NCBI GenBank assembly: GCA_023231475.1
Contig: JALJEE010002335.1
Coordinates: 62,001-110,740 of the forward strand
DNA: 48,740 bases
Reading direction: 5' to 3'
Source of the DNA: Seison nebaliae
Taxonomy: Eukaryota
This document shows positions 24,369 to 37,789 of the stretch, piece after piece (the first letter of the stretch is position 1; every line of letters starts with the position of its first letter). The translations under genes were made by a program, and so were the position numbers. The notes below the pieces were generated by a model. It was given only the letters and a program-made list of their open reading frames with translations. It was not told the origin of the DNA and searched no databases.

Positions 24369-27300
24369 ATGCATCGACATGGTTAAAAGGTGTAAAAGAT
24401 GAATACAGAACGATAACTCTTTTCTATTACACTGTAATCCCCAAGATATATCTTGGAAAAAAATTTATCATAAAATTTGAAGTTTCAAGAACATAATTTT
24501 ACTTTTCTAATAACATATCTTATTCTAAATCTGACAAATTCTGATGGCAGCTAACAGAATTGGAACATATAATACATGTCTTCTATGAACAACACTAATA
24601 ATATTGCATCATCATTAACAATTATAATTTCATCATTTCCTTTATTGATTTGGACACAAGAGACAATAAATTATGATAATAATATGTAGGAAGAAAAGTA
24701 GTCGGACATGAGAATTATGATTATCTCTCGTTCTCATGTTATTCTTAATAAGAATGCGTTGTAAGTTGAAAGAATTTCATATGTGACATTTTAGATAATG
24801 ATTTAAAGATTTGTTAAGAAGAAAAAAGTTTCAGAAATGTTTCATAAATTAATAAATTAATTTATTATTATTGTGTTTTGAAGATTCATTGATGTGTCGA
24901 TGTTGAGCAAATAAGTAATTGTTGACTGGATGTCGAGTGCCCGAACATAGAAAGTTATTGCAACATAATTTTTATGCAAATTCCTAATGAATTCTCCCCA
25001 TAATTTCCATTAATGATGGAATAATAATTATAAGGCAACATTATCCAGAGAATTTTCACGATGTTCACACAACAGTTAATTTGAACTCGACTCGACTGGA
25101 AAATGTTAAGGACGAAATATATAATTTCCTCTTCATTTCTTTTTATCTTCACGAAATTGAAGGAATTAAACATATTCGCTTATTCCTCCCAACACTAGAA
25201 TTATATGGGAGGGAGATGGATGAAAGAAGATTCATAATGTTCTCTTAATCTTTAATGTTGTGAGAGGACGTTAATGATTCGCATAATTTACTCTTCTATC
25301 AAATTAGGAGTCACAATAGTTTATCAAACGAAATTGTTAAGACATATGAATTGATGCGAGAAATCGTGTAACAGCAACCATCTAGCGAGTCAGCAAATTT
25401 TGTTAACTAATAAATTCTATTAAGTCTTTTTTTTTCTCCCACCGAAAAAAATCGTATATTTACATCAGATCATAAAATAATTTTCCATGAGCTAATAATG
25501 TGCAATGCGTGGAATGCGGCATGAACAGATCCATATTGACAACATAATATATATAAGTGAACGATATGGAAGAAATCGTACGATTAATAATTGATAATAA
25601 TTATGTGCTGAAATGATGCATATGTTCTGTTTCGTCTATTTTATATCAACTTTCCATTATGAATACCATTGAAATTATTATCGATTTGCTGAAGAATTAT
25701 AATAAATAGTCCAAATAAAAGAAGAAGAAGAAGAGACGTCGTTAATGCAATTATTTCGCATACGAACATGTTGTTGGAGGATGATGCGTTCCGTACTTCA
25801 AATCAAATTAGCAGCGACATTAACGGCTATTATATAATTCTATTTTCTAATTCTTGTTCATCTCCGAAAAATTCATTTCATCTGCAGTTGACGGATGAGC
25901 ATAAGAGTATAACATTCATTATAGTTTTCATCTTATTTCTTACTAACGACCAACTAAATGAAGGAAATTTTGGAAACGAACAATCCTTCGAAACTTTATA
26001 TTCATATTGTATTGACATTCGTGTTTGCTTGAATACTTCACCTTTTCCCCATGTTCTCCTACGAGAAATAGTTTAATACATCTTCTCTCTTATTCCGTAT
26101 TCGGTTGATCGACAATTGAGAAAAAAGTATTCGAAGACGCTTTTTCTTCTGTATCTCTACTACATAAATAACATTCTCTACTACACCTAAGTTACCGCCA
26201 ACACAAACTGTGCAGGTCATTGACTCCGTGTTTGATTATTCATCTTATTGAATATGGTTTCAGTTTGTGTTACATAATCCTGACGATTTTCACTCATTAG
26301 TTGAGCAAATGATTTCCATTATTAACTGAAATTATTATGATCGTGTAAATAATGAGATTTTGAAAAGATGATAATTATGACGGAAATAAACATATTTTTT
26401 GATTATTCTCCTCATCTCTCAACAAATAAAATTGATAATGAAGAAATAATTTCTCCTTTTCTTTTTCGTGGAATTACATACATTTAAATTGTCTTTTACT
26501 TGTCACATATTATGATGAGAGAATGAATCGATTCTTCATAACGTATCTTCGATCTGAGAGAAAGGTATTAACAAGAACGGAATGATGCAGAAGCCTGTGA
26601 ACAAATCTTCGTTATGTATCATACAGATGATTATATCATTCAATGAATTGGACTACTGGGAATAGGAACAACAAAAAAATAATCTATCACCATAAAACAT
26701 CTTGCGTAATTTGCGAATGATGGACCGATATGTAATCGTAGGCATTTGCGCTAAAAGGTAAAGATGGTATTTGTGTGAAATGAGAAATCTTTCGAAAGAA
26801 AAAAATTTAAGAATTTCTTTCTCATTTCGACAGCTAACATAATGATGAGTAGAGAAAATTTTGAATTGAATAATTTTAAGGACAGTCGTTTGAAGAAATT
26901 TATTTTGCAAATTTTTCAATAAAACCGAAAACGCTTCGAGGTCCATCTTATTGCTGCTTATTTACTTAATTTTATTGGGACAATAAAATTATATTAGAAT
27001 TAAATGTGTTTTCCACTTTGAACTATGCAAATTCATCGTTTTTCTTCATTAATTATTTATGACAATAAATTCCTTTCAACAACTTTCACTTTTTCGAAAA
27101 ATGGTGACGGATAAGTGTCAATATCTCTTCTACGCTTTCTTCCTGTGAGAAAGAAATGGAATAATACTGTAGTAGGAACCAAATTAACGAAGGATAACAA
27201 TTGATGAATGGCTGAATAGTTCGAGCGGATTATTGTAGGAGAAGTGAAGACGAGATGGTATTAATTAGGCAGTTCTGTTAGATAAGAAGTGTTGGGAAAA

Positions 27301-27921
27301 AGAATAAACTTTAGTCGAAAACATTTTCCTTGATTTGAAGAGGAAGAAAGAGATAAGTTTCTAATGACGACATTTGGAGAAATTGGAGGACACAACATTA
27401 GAATTCATTAAACAAACAATTGTTTAATTGAAGTAGGACAAAATAGATCTTCGTCTATAAATCGGTTCCTTGGCAAGATAGAATGATGGAAGTGATCTGA
27501 TTAGACCATGTACGTGTATGTCAAAATAGATATATGCATGATAAGTAGATAATCATGAGGAGGAGAATGTCGCTCCTCTCAAATTAGTTACATTTCAAAT
27601 GATTTATGCTAACATTCATTGGAACTTTATTCTTTCCTTTCAATTGCTTCTTCTACCGAATGTTTCTATTTGTTTCAGATGCCATTCTTCCTTCTTCTTC
27701 TACTTAACAGATAATCGAAAGAAACGTAAAATTGTCAGTACTGTTATAAATTGATTAAAGAATATGATACATTTCTACTCTCTGCTATGAAGCGATACAG
27801 TCGTTTGTTATTACGAGATATAAGTGTAATCGATCTAAAACGATCTCTTGAAGAAGACGAATAATTTTGTGGCACCCTCAAAATTAAAATTTAAGTTTTC
27901 TACAACAATCATTAAACCATT

Positions 27922-29940
27922 ATGGTTCTCCATTGGGGTGGAATCATTTCTATCGTCGTCTTTTATGTCTTGATACTTGCTGTGGGCATATGGGCTGGAC
28001 GGAAGTCAAAAGGTGCCACCGAAGAAGAAGTGATGCTAGCTGGCAGGAATATCGGTCTATTCGTCGGAATGTTCACAATGACCGCCACATGGGTAGGTGG
28101 TGGATATATTAATGGTACGGCAGAAATTGTCTATAGTCGAGGCGTCGTGTGGTGTCAAGGACCTTTCGGTTATGCATTATCGTTAATTCTTGGCGGTTTC
28201 CTGTTTGCAAAGAAGATGAGAGCTGAAGGATATGTGACGATGTTGGATCCTTTACAAAAGAAATTTGGAGAGCGTATGGGTGGATTATTATTTCTACCAG
28301 CTCTTTTTGGAGAAGTCTGTTGGTCAGCTGCTATTCTTGCTGCTCTCGGTTCAACGTTGAGTGTAATTCTTGAGATTAATAACACTTTGAGTATTATCAT
28401 ATCCGCTTGTATCGCCATCTTTTACACATTGTTTGGTGGATTATATGCTGTGGCTTATACTGATGTTGCACAATTAGGATGTATCTTTGTTGGATTGTGG
28501 TTGGCCGTTCCATTTGCTTTGAAGCATCAACATGTAGCACCTATAGGAACAACCATGACGAAATGGATTGGATCAATTAAATATAAATGTACTTGGAAAT
28601 ATATAGACGATATGCTTATGTTAATTTTTGGTGGTATTCCATGGCAAGTTTATTTTCAACGAGTTCTCTCATCCGAAAGTGCAACGAAAGCAATGTATCT
28701 TTCATACGCTGCAGCTTTCGGCTGTTTTATCATGGCCATACCTTCTGTATTAATCGGAGCCGCTGCAAGATCGGCAGGTCATTGATTTCCTTTTTTTCAA
28801 ATTTTTCAACGATGAAATCTTTTCTAGATTGGAACAGTACGGGGTATACCGGTGTGGTACCAATACCAGAAGAGAATGAAAAATTAATATTACCACTCGT
28901 TCTTCAATATTTAACTCCGGATTTCGTTTCATGGATTGGTTTAGGTGCAATTTCAGCCGCAGTTATGTCAAGTGCAGATTCGTCAGTTTTATCTGCTTCC
29001 AGTATGTATGCTCGAAATGTATGGAAATTAGTTATTCATCAGAAAGTTAGGCTATATAATTTAACAACAACAAATATTTTATTTTTAGGCAGGTGATCGC
29101 GAAATTGTTTGGGTGATGAGAATCGGCATTTTTATTGTTGGCATTGCAGCAACAATAATGGCTGTGATGGTTGAAAGTATTTACTCTTTATGGACCTTGT
29201 GTGCCGATTTAGTGTACGTCATATTATTTCCTCAACTCTTATTAGTAGTTCATTGGCAGAAAGCAAATACATATGGCTCATTAGCCAGTTACGTTTTAGG
29301 TTTAACATTTCGTTTATTGGTCGGTGAGCCAGTGGTTCGTTTACCTGCCAGTATTCGTTTTCCTGGTTATGATGTACTGAAGATGACACAAGCTTGGCCA
29401 TATAAATCGATGTCTATGATATTTTCTTTATCAATATTAATCTCTGTTTCGTTATTGACGGATTACTTATTCATCAATCGTAAGATCAATAGTAAATATG
29501 ACATATTTCATTGTCTTGTAAATATTCCAGTTGAATCAATACCTCTACGTTCGCCCACATTATACTCGACTCAGAACATTAATGCAATTGCTCCCAACAT
29601 GGATTTGCGGGATGACGTACAGAAAGTGCTAGAAGAAGCTCACGATACATTTGTTTCGTCTCCCGAAAAAACAACTTCGATCACTAAAATTGAAAGACGA
29701 AAAAGTAAGGATTTGAAGAAGAAAATTCAGAGCAACATACCAATTTTAACGGAAGAAGAGATTCGGAATGCCAGTCTCAAACGACGAGTGAAGAAATCAA
29801 GTGTTGGAGATTCATCTGGATCTGATGATGAAGCCATGAAACGAATTAAAATTAATTTAAGTTCCATTACTTCTACCCCAGTGAAAGAGGTGATTGAAGA
29901 AGATGAAAAAGAGAAGGAAGTCATATCATCTCGTTTATGA
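27922..29940 (+). CDS. SLC5A7: High-affinity choline transporter (sodium:solute symporter), 3 exons, ~641 aa
   Basis: Exons 27922-28777, 28828-29045, 29089-29940. Motifs [69 protein letters not shown]. Confidence 0.96.
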
Positions 29941-30135
29941 TGTGAGAAAATTGAACTTTGACTCTATTGGGACTACTTTAGTCACTAGATAGTTAATTTA
30001 CGAATTCTTATTTATTTTGTACTTTTCCCGTTATATCATCTTATCTTGTGTGTTTTTATTTATCTAAAAGTTTTTTTTATTCTTTTCCGTCTCTTTTCAT
30101 TTTGCCAATATAATAAAGTCTCAAAATATATTGCA

Positions 30136-32259
30136 ATGAAACTCTCCATTTCATCATTTACAAGACACATATCTAAACTATTTAAACTTGCACCGGAAGT
30201 CTCTGAAGCACTTAATAAAAATCGACCGATTGTTGCATTGGAAAGTACAATTATTACACATGGCATGCCATTCCCTTACAATTTAGTGTTAGCAGAGAAG
30301 GTTGAAAAAATTTTGAAAATTAACAATGTAGTTCCTGCCACAATTTCAATATATAATGGTAGAATACATTGCGGATTAACAACTGAAACAATTCAACGCA
30401 TTTCAGACGATGAAACAAAATTAGTGAAAGTTAATTGTAGTGACATTCCAATATTTCTAGAGAAATCAAAACATTCCAATATTTTAGGTGGAACTACTGT
30501 AAGTTCAACATTAGCAATTGCCAAAGAGTTGGGCATTAACATCTTTGCCACAGGTGGAATTGGAGGAATACATCAAGAAAATGCTACAGACATAAGTGCT
30601 GATATATATCAATTGCGGCAATCCAATAAAATGATTCTCATTTGTAGTGGAGTCAAATCGATTTTGAATGTAAATTCTACATTAGAATTTTTTGAAAGTT
30701 TAGGGATTCCTCTCATGTTATGGCGCAATGAGGAAGAATTAATCGAATTATTTGATGGAAGATTCGAAGTTAAAAATAATCCTGCAAATCTTTCCAACGA
30801 ATTCTTTCCCACATTCTATTCCAGAGAGAATGGTGAAAATTTAAAAATTTCAAATTTCATTAAAGATGAAAATGAATTTCAATCCATTTACAATAATTTC
30901 ACTAATGCCAACAGCGGAATTTTATTAGCCGTTCCAATTCCCACTCAACATGAATTGAACTTCAATTTAATTAACGAATATACAAAAATTGCACAGGAGA
31001 AATTGAAAGAGAATAATATTTCGGGAAAAGCTGTGACGCCTTTCATTCTTAAACAATTACATAATTTATCCGAAGGTGTTACCGTCACAGCTAATCAAGC
31101 ATTGTTAATAAATAATGTGTATGTGGCGGCGAAAGTGGCAAATAAATTGTATTCAAAATCAGATATTAAATATCCAAGAATGAAATTCAAAACACAAGAG
31201 AATTTCCATCCGAATAAATCTAGTAAAATTTTATGTATTGGAGCAGTTAATGTAGATTTAACAATTACAAAGCAAGATTCATCAATCGAATCACCCAATT
31301 CAACTACTCCATCAAACATCGACATTTCCGTTGGAGGTGTTGCACGAAATTTAGCTGCCGCTTTCTCATTAATTTCAAATGAATCTTATGATACTCAATT
31401 TATTTCGATAATTGGAGATGATTTATTCGGCAGTCATATCATAAACGATTTCCAAAAGAATTTTCCTAATTTAGATATCTCTCTTATGTTAAGGAGTAAT
31501 GATAAGGATTATCATACATCAACGTTTACACTTTTGCAATCAACTGATCGACAACCAATTGCAGTATATGGAGATATGAAAATTCATCAAGAATTATTTC
31601 CAAAATTGTTTAAACATGAATCATTGTTGTTAGAGAATGTGAAGAATGCAAATTTAATCTGTTTCGATTTGAATTTATCAAAAGAAATTTTTGATCTCAT
31701 TATCCGTATTGGAAAGGAAACACAAACGAAAATTTGTATTGAACCAACCACCATTGCTAAATTGGATATTTTACGTAATTGTAAGCTGGAGAAACCTTAT
31801 TTGTCATATATTGATTTCATCACACCAAATCGATATGAGTTACATGAACTTGTAATTATGTTTTGTGACGGAGAACTTTTTAATCAAATTGAAATTTCCT
31901 CAGAGTTTCAAGGAATCGAAGAAGTGGTTAAAGATGCGATGAATTTACAAACAATTTTTCCTAATTTAAATTTAATTGTATCGTGTGATAAGGATGGCGC
32001 TTTCATCTTACCAGCAAATAACGATAATATTGTTGACAAATTGAAGGAAATAAGATATGTGAGAAACGATAAGATTGATTTGATAACTAGTGTGAATGGA
32101 GCAGGTGATTGTTTAAAAGCAACAGTTCTAGCCAACTGGTTATTTAATAGAGAAGATAACTTTTATAAAATTCTGAAAAAAGGATTAACTGCAGCCAAAA
32201 TTTCTATGAGTGAAATAACAACAGTATCAAGTCAGTTGAAAAAACTTCATTTGAAATAA
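30136..32259 (+). CDS. Bifunctional pseudouridine-5'-phosphate glycosidase (PsuG/IndA) + PfkB-family pseudouridine kinase
   Basis: Glycosidase motifs VALESTIITHGMP, TTVS, FATGGIGGIH, DISAD, GKAVTPFIL. Kinase motifs GGVARN, IGDDLFG, PNRYEL, VNGAGD. Intronless. The ATG at 30136 begins a basic, Ser-rich transit-peptide-like N-terminus. Confidence 0.92.
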   Translation: MKLSISSFTRHISKLFKLAPEVSEALNKNRPIVALESTIITHGMPFPYNLVLAEKVEKILKINNVVPATISIYNGRIHCGLTTETIQRISDDETKLVKVNCSDIPIFLEKSKHSNILGGTTVSSTLAIAKELGINIFATGGIGGIHQENATDISADIYQLRQSNKMILICSGVKSILNVNSTLEFFESLGIPLMLWRNEEELIELFDGRFEVKNNPANLSNEFFPTFYSRENGENLKISNFIKDENEFQSIYNNFTNANSGILLAVPIPTQHELNFNLINEYTKIAQEKLKENNISGKAVTPFILKQLHNLSEGVTVTANQALLINNVYVAAKVANKLYSKSDIKYPRMKFKTQENFHPNKSSKILCIGAVNVDLTITKQDSSIESPNSTTPSNIDISVGGVARNLAAAFSLISNESYDTQFISIIGDDLFGSHIINDFQKNFPNLDISLMLRSNDKDYHTSTFTLLQSTDRQPIAVYGDMKIHQELFPKLFKHESLLLENVKNANLICFDLNLSKEIFDLIIRIGKETQTKICIEPTTIAKLDILRNCKLEKPYLSYIDFITPNRYELHELVIMFCDGELFNQIEISSEFQGIEEVVKDAMNLQTIFPNLNLIVSCDKDGAFILPANNDNIVDKLKEIRYVRNDKIDLITSVNGAGDCLKATVLANWLFNREDNFYKILKKGLTAAKISMSEITTVSSQLKKLHLK

Positions 32260-32337
32260 ACTAATTTTTTTACTTCAAACTTATTCATTTTTTCTTCTAC
32301 CTTTTTCTTCTTCTTTTCTCCCATTTCTCATAAGATC

Positions 32338-35300
32338 TTAATGTCTTGATCTTCCTCTCCCAGTTGCTATTTGTTGGTTTCTCCTTTTTTTCGGCATATG
32401 ATGGGTTCGATTGGTACCATGCTTCTTTGTTGATGGACTAATAGATGGAGAATCTTTCCTCTTATGTTTCTTACCCATGACTTTTGCACGCTTTTCATCA
32501 CGCCTTGAATGCGTATGACCTTTATGATGAGATGCCACCATTTTAATCGGTCTGTTTCGATCATTTCCCTTTTTTATCTGATCTAATGTATAGTATGAAT
32601 AATAGGAATAAGCCTCTTTGGCGAAATTTGGTTTTACTTTAACTTGAGTCGGACTTGATCTTTTATTGGTTCGAATGAAACCGTTATTTCCAACAATTAC
32701 TTTTTTGGCATGAATAGGATCAATGCTATCTATTTTACCTATATATTTCGTTTGAGAAAATGGATTTTCATCTTTAATTTGTCTAGCTTTATTTATAGTA
32801 TTCGCTTTGTGGAACTTAGATTTGTTAGATGCATTCGGATCACCATGATCAGAGTCAGCTTTATCTGAATAAATACTTGTTACGTCATATTCATAACCAT
32901 AGTCATTGTATGATTGAACGTCCTGTAGAATTTCTCTTTTTAATGGTTGCTTCTTTTGAATGCCATTTGAGCCGATCGTCGTCAAATAATTTGTAGATGA
33001 TTTAGGTGATCTTGGAAGTCGAATTCGTTCGGTATGAGTCGGTAGTGATTTTCTCTTTTTGACTGCTTCTTCCTCCAATACAGCTTCAGCAACCGCATGT
33101 TTAAAGAATGGAACGGTTGTATCTCGATCTCTAAATTGTCTTTGAGTTTTTGTTTGAGAAAGTCGTGGTGCTACTTGTGGAGTCCCTTCGAATTCATGAC
33201 CCATCTTACCAACATGACGAGTCTCATATTTCTGATCTTTTGGATTTGCAAATGCCACACTTCTAGTAGGAGTTTTGGTTCGCTTCACACTTTCTATCAG
33301 TTCATTTGATGAAATGACAGTGGCAGGCTTATGTAAATTTGGATTTGAACCATCGATTTGTCTTAATCTTCGTGGAATTGTTCTAGACTTACTGAATGCG
33401 GTTTCGTGTTCCAATTGTGCATCCATATCGATTTCTTCTTTAGCAGCAACTATTAAATCAAAATCTTGATTTCTACCTGTAGCTCGTTTTGATGTTTTTG
33501 TAGGAGTTCTAGTTCGTCTAACAGTTTCAAAGAAATCTAAAGAAGATTTGAGGACCGCTGGTCGTTGAGTTTGTCGCGCCTCTGTCCCTTTAACAGATGA
33601 TCTTATACGATACTCATTCGGTTGAGCAGTCTCAAATAATTCGACGGACGATTTGACTACTATCGGTTTCTGCGTTTCCTGCATTAGTTGACCACGCATC
33701 GCAGGTTGCGTCGAGTAATCTTTAGGCTTAACGGTTTCCAATAACTCCAAAGAAACATTAACTGGTATAATTTCCTGAATATTCGTGTTGGACTCTTCCA
33801 TTTCTCGTACTTTTCTTTTCGACATTTTGGTGCTGGTAAATGGGGAAACATGTTCCAATTTTTGATCCATCTCAATTTCTTGCTTTGCTACGTGAGCAGT
33901 CTCCATATCTTGAATTCTACTTGAAGCCCTTGGAACAGTTTTGGTACGCTGAATTTTCGTTCGACCTGTAGTATCTAATGGTTCTATTGAACTATTAGTT
34001 GGAATGGGAGCATGATAATTTACCATATTAGTTGGACTGTCTATTTCTCGTAACCTTCTCGGTGAAAGTTTACGACGAGGCAAAGGTGTTTCTTTTTCTA
34101 ATCTCTGATCAAGTTCTAATCCTTCTTTAGCTATATGAGTTGTTTCGACATTTTGAACTTCCATTGATGCCTTCTTTTCAGATGGCATTTGTTGTTTATT
34201 ACGTTCCACTGTTTCCACCATTTCTAATTCACTATTAGTGGGAACTGGACCATGAAAGTTTCCTTCTTCATTAGTACCATCTATTTCTCTTAATTGTCTC
34301 GGTTTTATGTTCTTCCCAGGAGGCAGAGGTTTCTCATGTTCGAATGGTGGATCTATGGAAAGTCCTTCTTTGGCGACATGTGTTATTTCTGCATTTTGTA
34401 TGCTACTCGAAGCTCTAGGTATTGGACGGGGCATTGGTTTAGTTCTTTCGGCTGCTTCAAAAACCTCAACCGAACTATTTATTGGAATAGCTTCATGAAC
34501 ATTTTCCCTTTCATCATCTAATTGTCGCACTCTTTCAGGAACGACGTTCGACTTCTTTAAACGACCTTGACTTTCTAGTCGTCTGTCAAGATCAAAACCT
34601 TCTTTAGCTGCATGTTGAAGTTGTAAATTTTGTGTTTTACTCTTCGCTTTACTCGTTGACACTTTAGGTGTTCCCATTGCTTCCACCGCTTCTAATTCGT
34701 TACCTGGTCCCATAAAATAAGCACGTTCTAAATTCGATTTACCCTCCTTAATTTCAGCATGTTTTTTCAAAAATTCTGTGGTTAAACGGCCGATCATTTC
34801 ATTTCTTTCCCGATCACCAATAGAACCATTTGATTCCAATTTTCCATGATTCAAATATGCTTTTGTATTCTTTGTATAATCATCATTGGCTGTGCTAGAA
34901 TAAATATCAGATTTCCTCATATCCGTATATGTTTTGATACTGGAACCATACGTCTTAACATCGGATGGATTAACTAGATCTCCACTCGTCTGATAACTAT
35001 CTGCCTCTTGTGCATGTGTCGCATATGGACTACTCTTAAAAGTGGAAACATCAGTTTGATTATCATTCTGACCATATTGTGTCTCATACGCATATTTCAT
35101 ATTTGGCGGCGCATAACGAAATTTAACATAATCGTCAATTGGCTCTTCACTCTCATTCATTGTTTTCACTGTATATGATTTTGGTTGATATGATGAGTTA
35201 TATTGGTCGACTGTTGGTAACAAATAATATCCAGTTTCCTCACCACAAGCACCACCAACATGATCGTTAGCCGATTTCTTACCCTTATCTTTACCTTTTC

Positions 35301-37685
35301 CTTTACCCTTATCTTTACCCTTTCCTTTGCCCTTTCCCTTACCCTTATTTTTTCCCTTATCTTTTTTCTTTAGATTCGATTTCGGATTCTTTGACGAACT
35401 TCTCCTCTGGTCACTCTTTTTACTTTTCCTATTTGATTCTTCCGCTTTCTGATCGTGGGCGGTAACTCTCTTTCTAAGCGGCCGTTTCCTTCCTTTCGAT
35501 TTCTGAGATTGTATCTTCAAATTTAAATATTATACAAATAAAATGTTCTTTATAATTATGAATACTAACACTTCCCTCGTATGGCTTGCATGGAGTGGAT
35601 CCATCTGAAAACAATTCCGAAAAGTTTCAAAAGAAGTAAAGATATTAAAGAACCTGTAAGTTTGTAGATAGTGTAGAATAAAAGGAATGTACCAAAATAA
35701 AGAACAACATTCACAATATGTATTTGACATAAAAGTAAACTATTGGATATGATGGCTAATAGTGGTACTATCGGCATAATACCCAACGGTAGGACATGTG
35801 AGTGTTTTTCATTAACACATTCATATCTTATGTGAAGATAAATGAGAGCAACAATGACGATACTGCAAGATGTAGTGATGAATACAAAAACCATAATACC
35901 GATGAAAGACGATAAAATATTATAAATATGATGTACCAATGCAATAATAAATATTAATATAACAATTGCAGTTATAACGGCTGTCTCCAAAGGACTTTTT
36001 CTTACGAAACAATTGCCTACTGTATCAGACGGTGGAATATCGAATAATTCCGCCTGAATTGTTTCTTCGAAATGACAAGCTGCATTTCTAGATGTAATAG
36101 AACTCAAGTACCTGTTACGTTTCTCATCAATAACCGCCTTACTCGTATTATTATTATTATTATTATTCAAATTATTATTATAATTCATATTATTCCCACT
36201 TTTATTAACTTTTTTGGGAGCGGACTTCGATTTCGATTTATCCGTTTTTTTATTAGGAGATTTTTTGGCGTCGGATTTCTTACTATTTTTCCCACCCTTC
36301 TTATATTGTTCCTCTCCTAAAGTGTAGTTTGTGGACGTACTTCCACTTTTAGTACGCCCACTTTTAGAACTTTTACCGCCGGAAGAAGAATAATAAGTAC
36401 TTCTTCTGCTGCTACTCCCCCGTTCATCATATTCACAAAGACATGCTTGAGGCGGATTTCGTTCATTCAATCTTATGATAATAGTTCCAACAGAAACTAA
36501 AATCCCAACGAACAATGAGTGAATAACAACGAACGCTATTAATCGTCGATAATCGATAAACATTGAAAATACGGTTAATAAAACTGCGTAAAAGGTGAAA
36601 GGTGCCGCTTCGAAATATTGTTCGAAAGGTCCAACTGCCTGAAATGGAAATCTTAACACATCTAAAGTGTTATGAATATTAATCAAATGTTTTTGCCATG
36701 TAATATATTGGATACATCCGAAAAGGAATGTAAAGAGAGGTAACAAACAACCAAATATACGCAACTTCGCAATTTCATCGTTGAAAAGATAAAGCCATGC
36801 AAATGGAACTATATCATCATTAACCATCCAAGGAGATAGAACCAACAGACCACCCACGGCAAATGTAAAAATTATTGTACCAACAAACAAAGTTATCATA
36901 ATTGCCGACATAATTGTTCTGCGATTGACTCGAACGACTCTAGGTGAAAGAAGAATGATATCGAATCCAACATAAGCCATCACAGCGAGAGTGGAACCTT
37001 CCAATAATGTGTTAATCGAATATGGGATTTGTGAAGTTTTAAATTCTGTCCTATACTCTGAATAAAAATAACACATAAAAGTAAGAAATATAATGATGAG
37101 GAGGTCGACTCCCACCATTACCGAATGGAAATAATCCATTACTCTCATATGGACACATGCATAAGGAATGATAATCATTAAAAAGAAGATTGAATACCAA
37201 TTCAGAGGAACTTGGAAGATGAAAAGATATTTATGTGCTGTCGCTTGATTATGTTCATTCATCTGATTCCGATAATTACCGTGATTCGCTTCGTCACAAT
37301 AGAAGATAAACGCATGGACAAATATGGCGGTTATGATTGTCATTGTCAATTGAATGAGTGTGGACATTGTCAATCCCATGACTCGACCATACATTGCACG
37401 AATGATGGTGGAAGAACCTCCGTATGGTGTAGCAAACGCGAAATATTCTAAGTAACATAATGCCGTCAGAAACATACAGATAGCAGCTAGTATGTAACAG
37501 AGATACGTCATAGGACCTACAATTATATTAATGAATTATATTATAGAATAATTTAGGGAACCAGAATATTCAATGATGGCCAATCCACTATTAATGTAGA
37601 CACCGGTGCCAATCATCGAGCCAACTCCTACCGATGTCAAACGTACAGCTGAACATGGGTAAAATGGAGAACTTAATATCCCCAT
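32338..37685 (-). CDS. SLC7/CAT-like amino-acid permease with a ~1060-aa repetitive C-terminal tail (~1732 aa, 4 exons)
   Basis: Exons 37685-37562, 37516-35654, 35604-35570, 35514-32338 splice in frame. CAT signatures VGVGSMIGTGVY, GP...YILAA....ALCYLEY, AYVGFD, H.LPLGIMPIVPL. Confidence 0.75.
33190..34645 (-). repeat. About six degenerate ~80-aa protein repeats in the permease tail
   Basis: Recurring Q..E..H.AKE...D..LE.E......PR..R.ID......H..IP.NSS.E..E...RTK pattern in the 1060-aa ORF. Confidence 0.8.
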
Positions 37686-37789
37686 TTTATCAAATACGAA
37701 CTCTCGTCAATTCTTAACAATATAAAATTTTTATTTTCCCTTTCAAAATTAATGAAGAAATTGCGAGGAATAAGAACAGTGTGCATTTA

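Noticed and set aside
24400..27900. Short ORFs in the 3.5-kb region upstream of SLC5A7
   Set aside because: No motifs, and composition matches AT-rich non-coding DNA. Probably regulatory or 5'UTR intron sequence; no clear COE-type site found.
30046..30135. N-terminal extension of the pseudouridine enzyme from TTG 30046
   Set aside because: Non-ATG start in a eukaryote. The region is T-rich UTR-like sequence containing AATAAA; ATG 30136 is preferred.
35530..35730. Separate 66-aa ORF, and the stop at 35565 as the permease terminus
   Set aside because: Both run through sequences that look like typical small introns; the spliced model joins all parts in frame.
3039..37451. Numerous 60-135 aa antisense or alternate-frame ORFs overlapping real genes
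   Set aside because: Shadows of the coding strand, or exon-plus-intron read-through, with no independent evidence.
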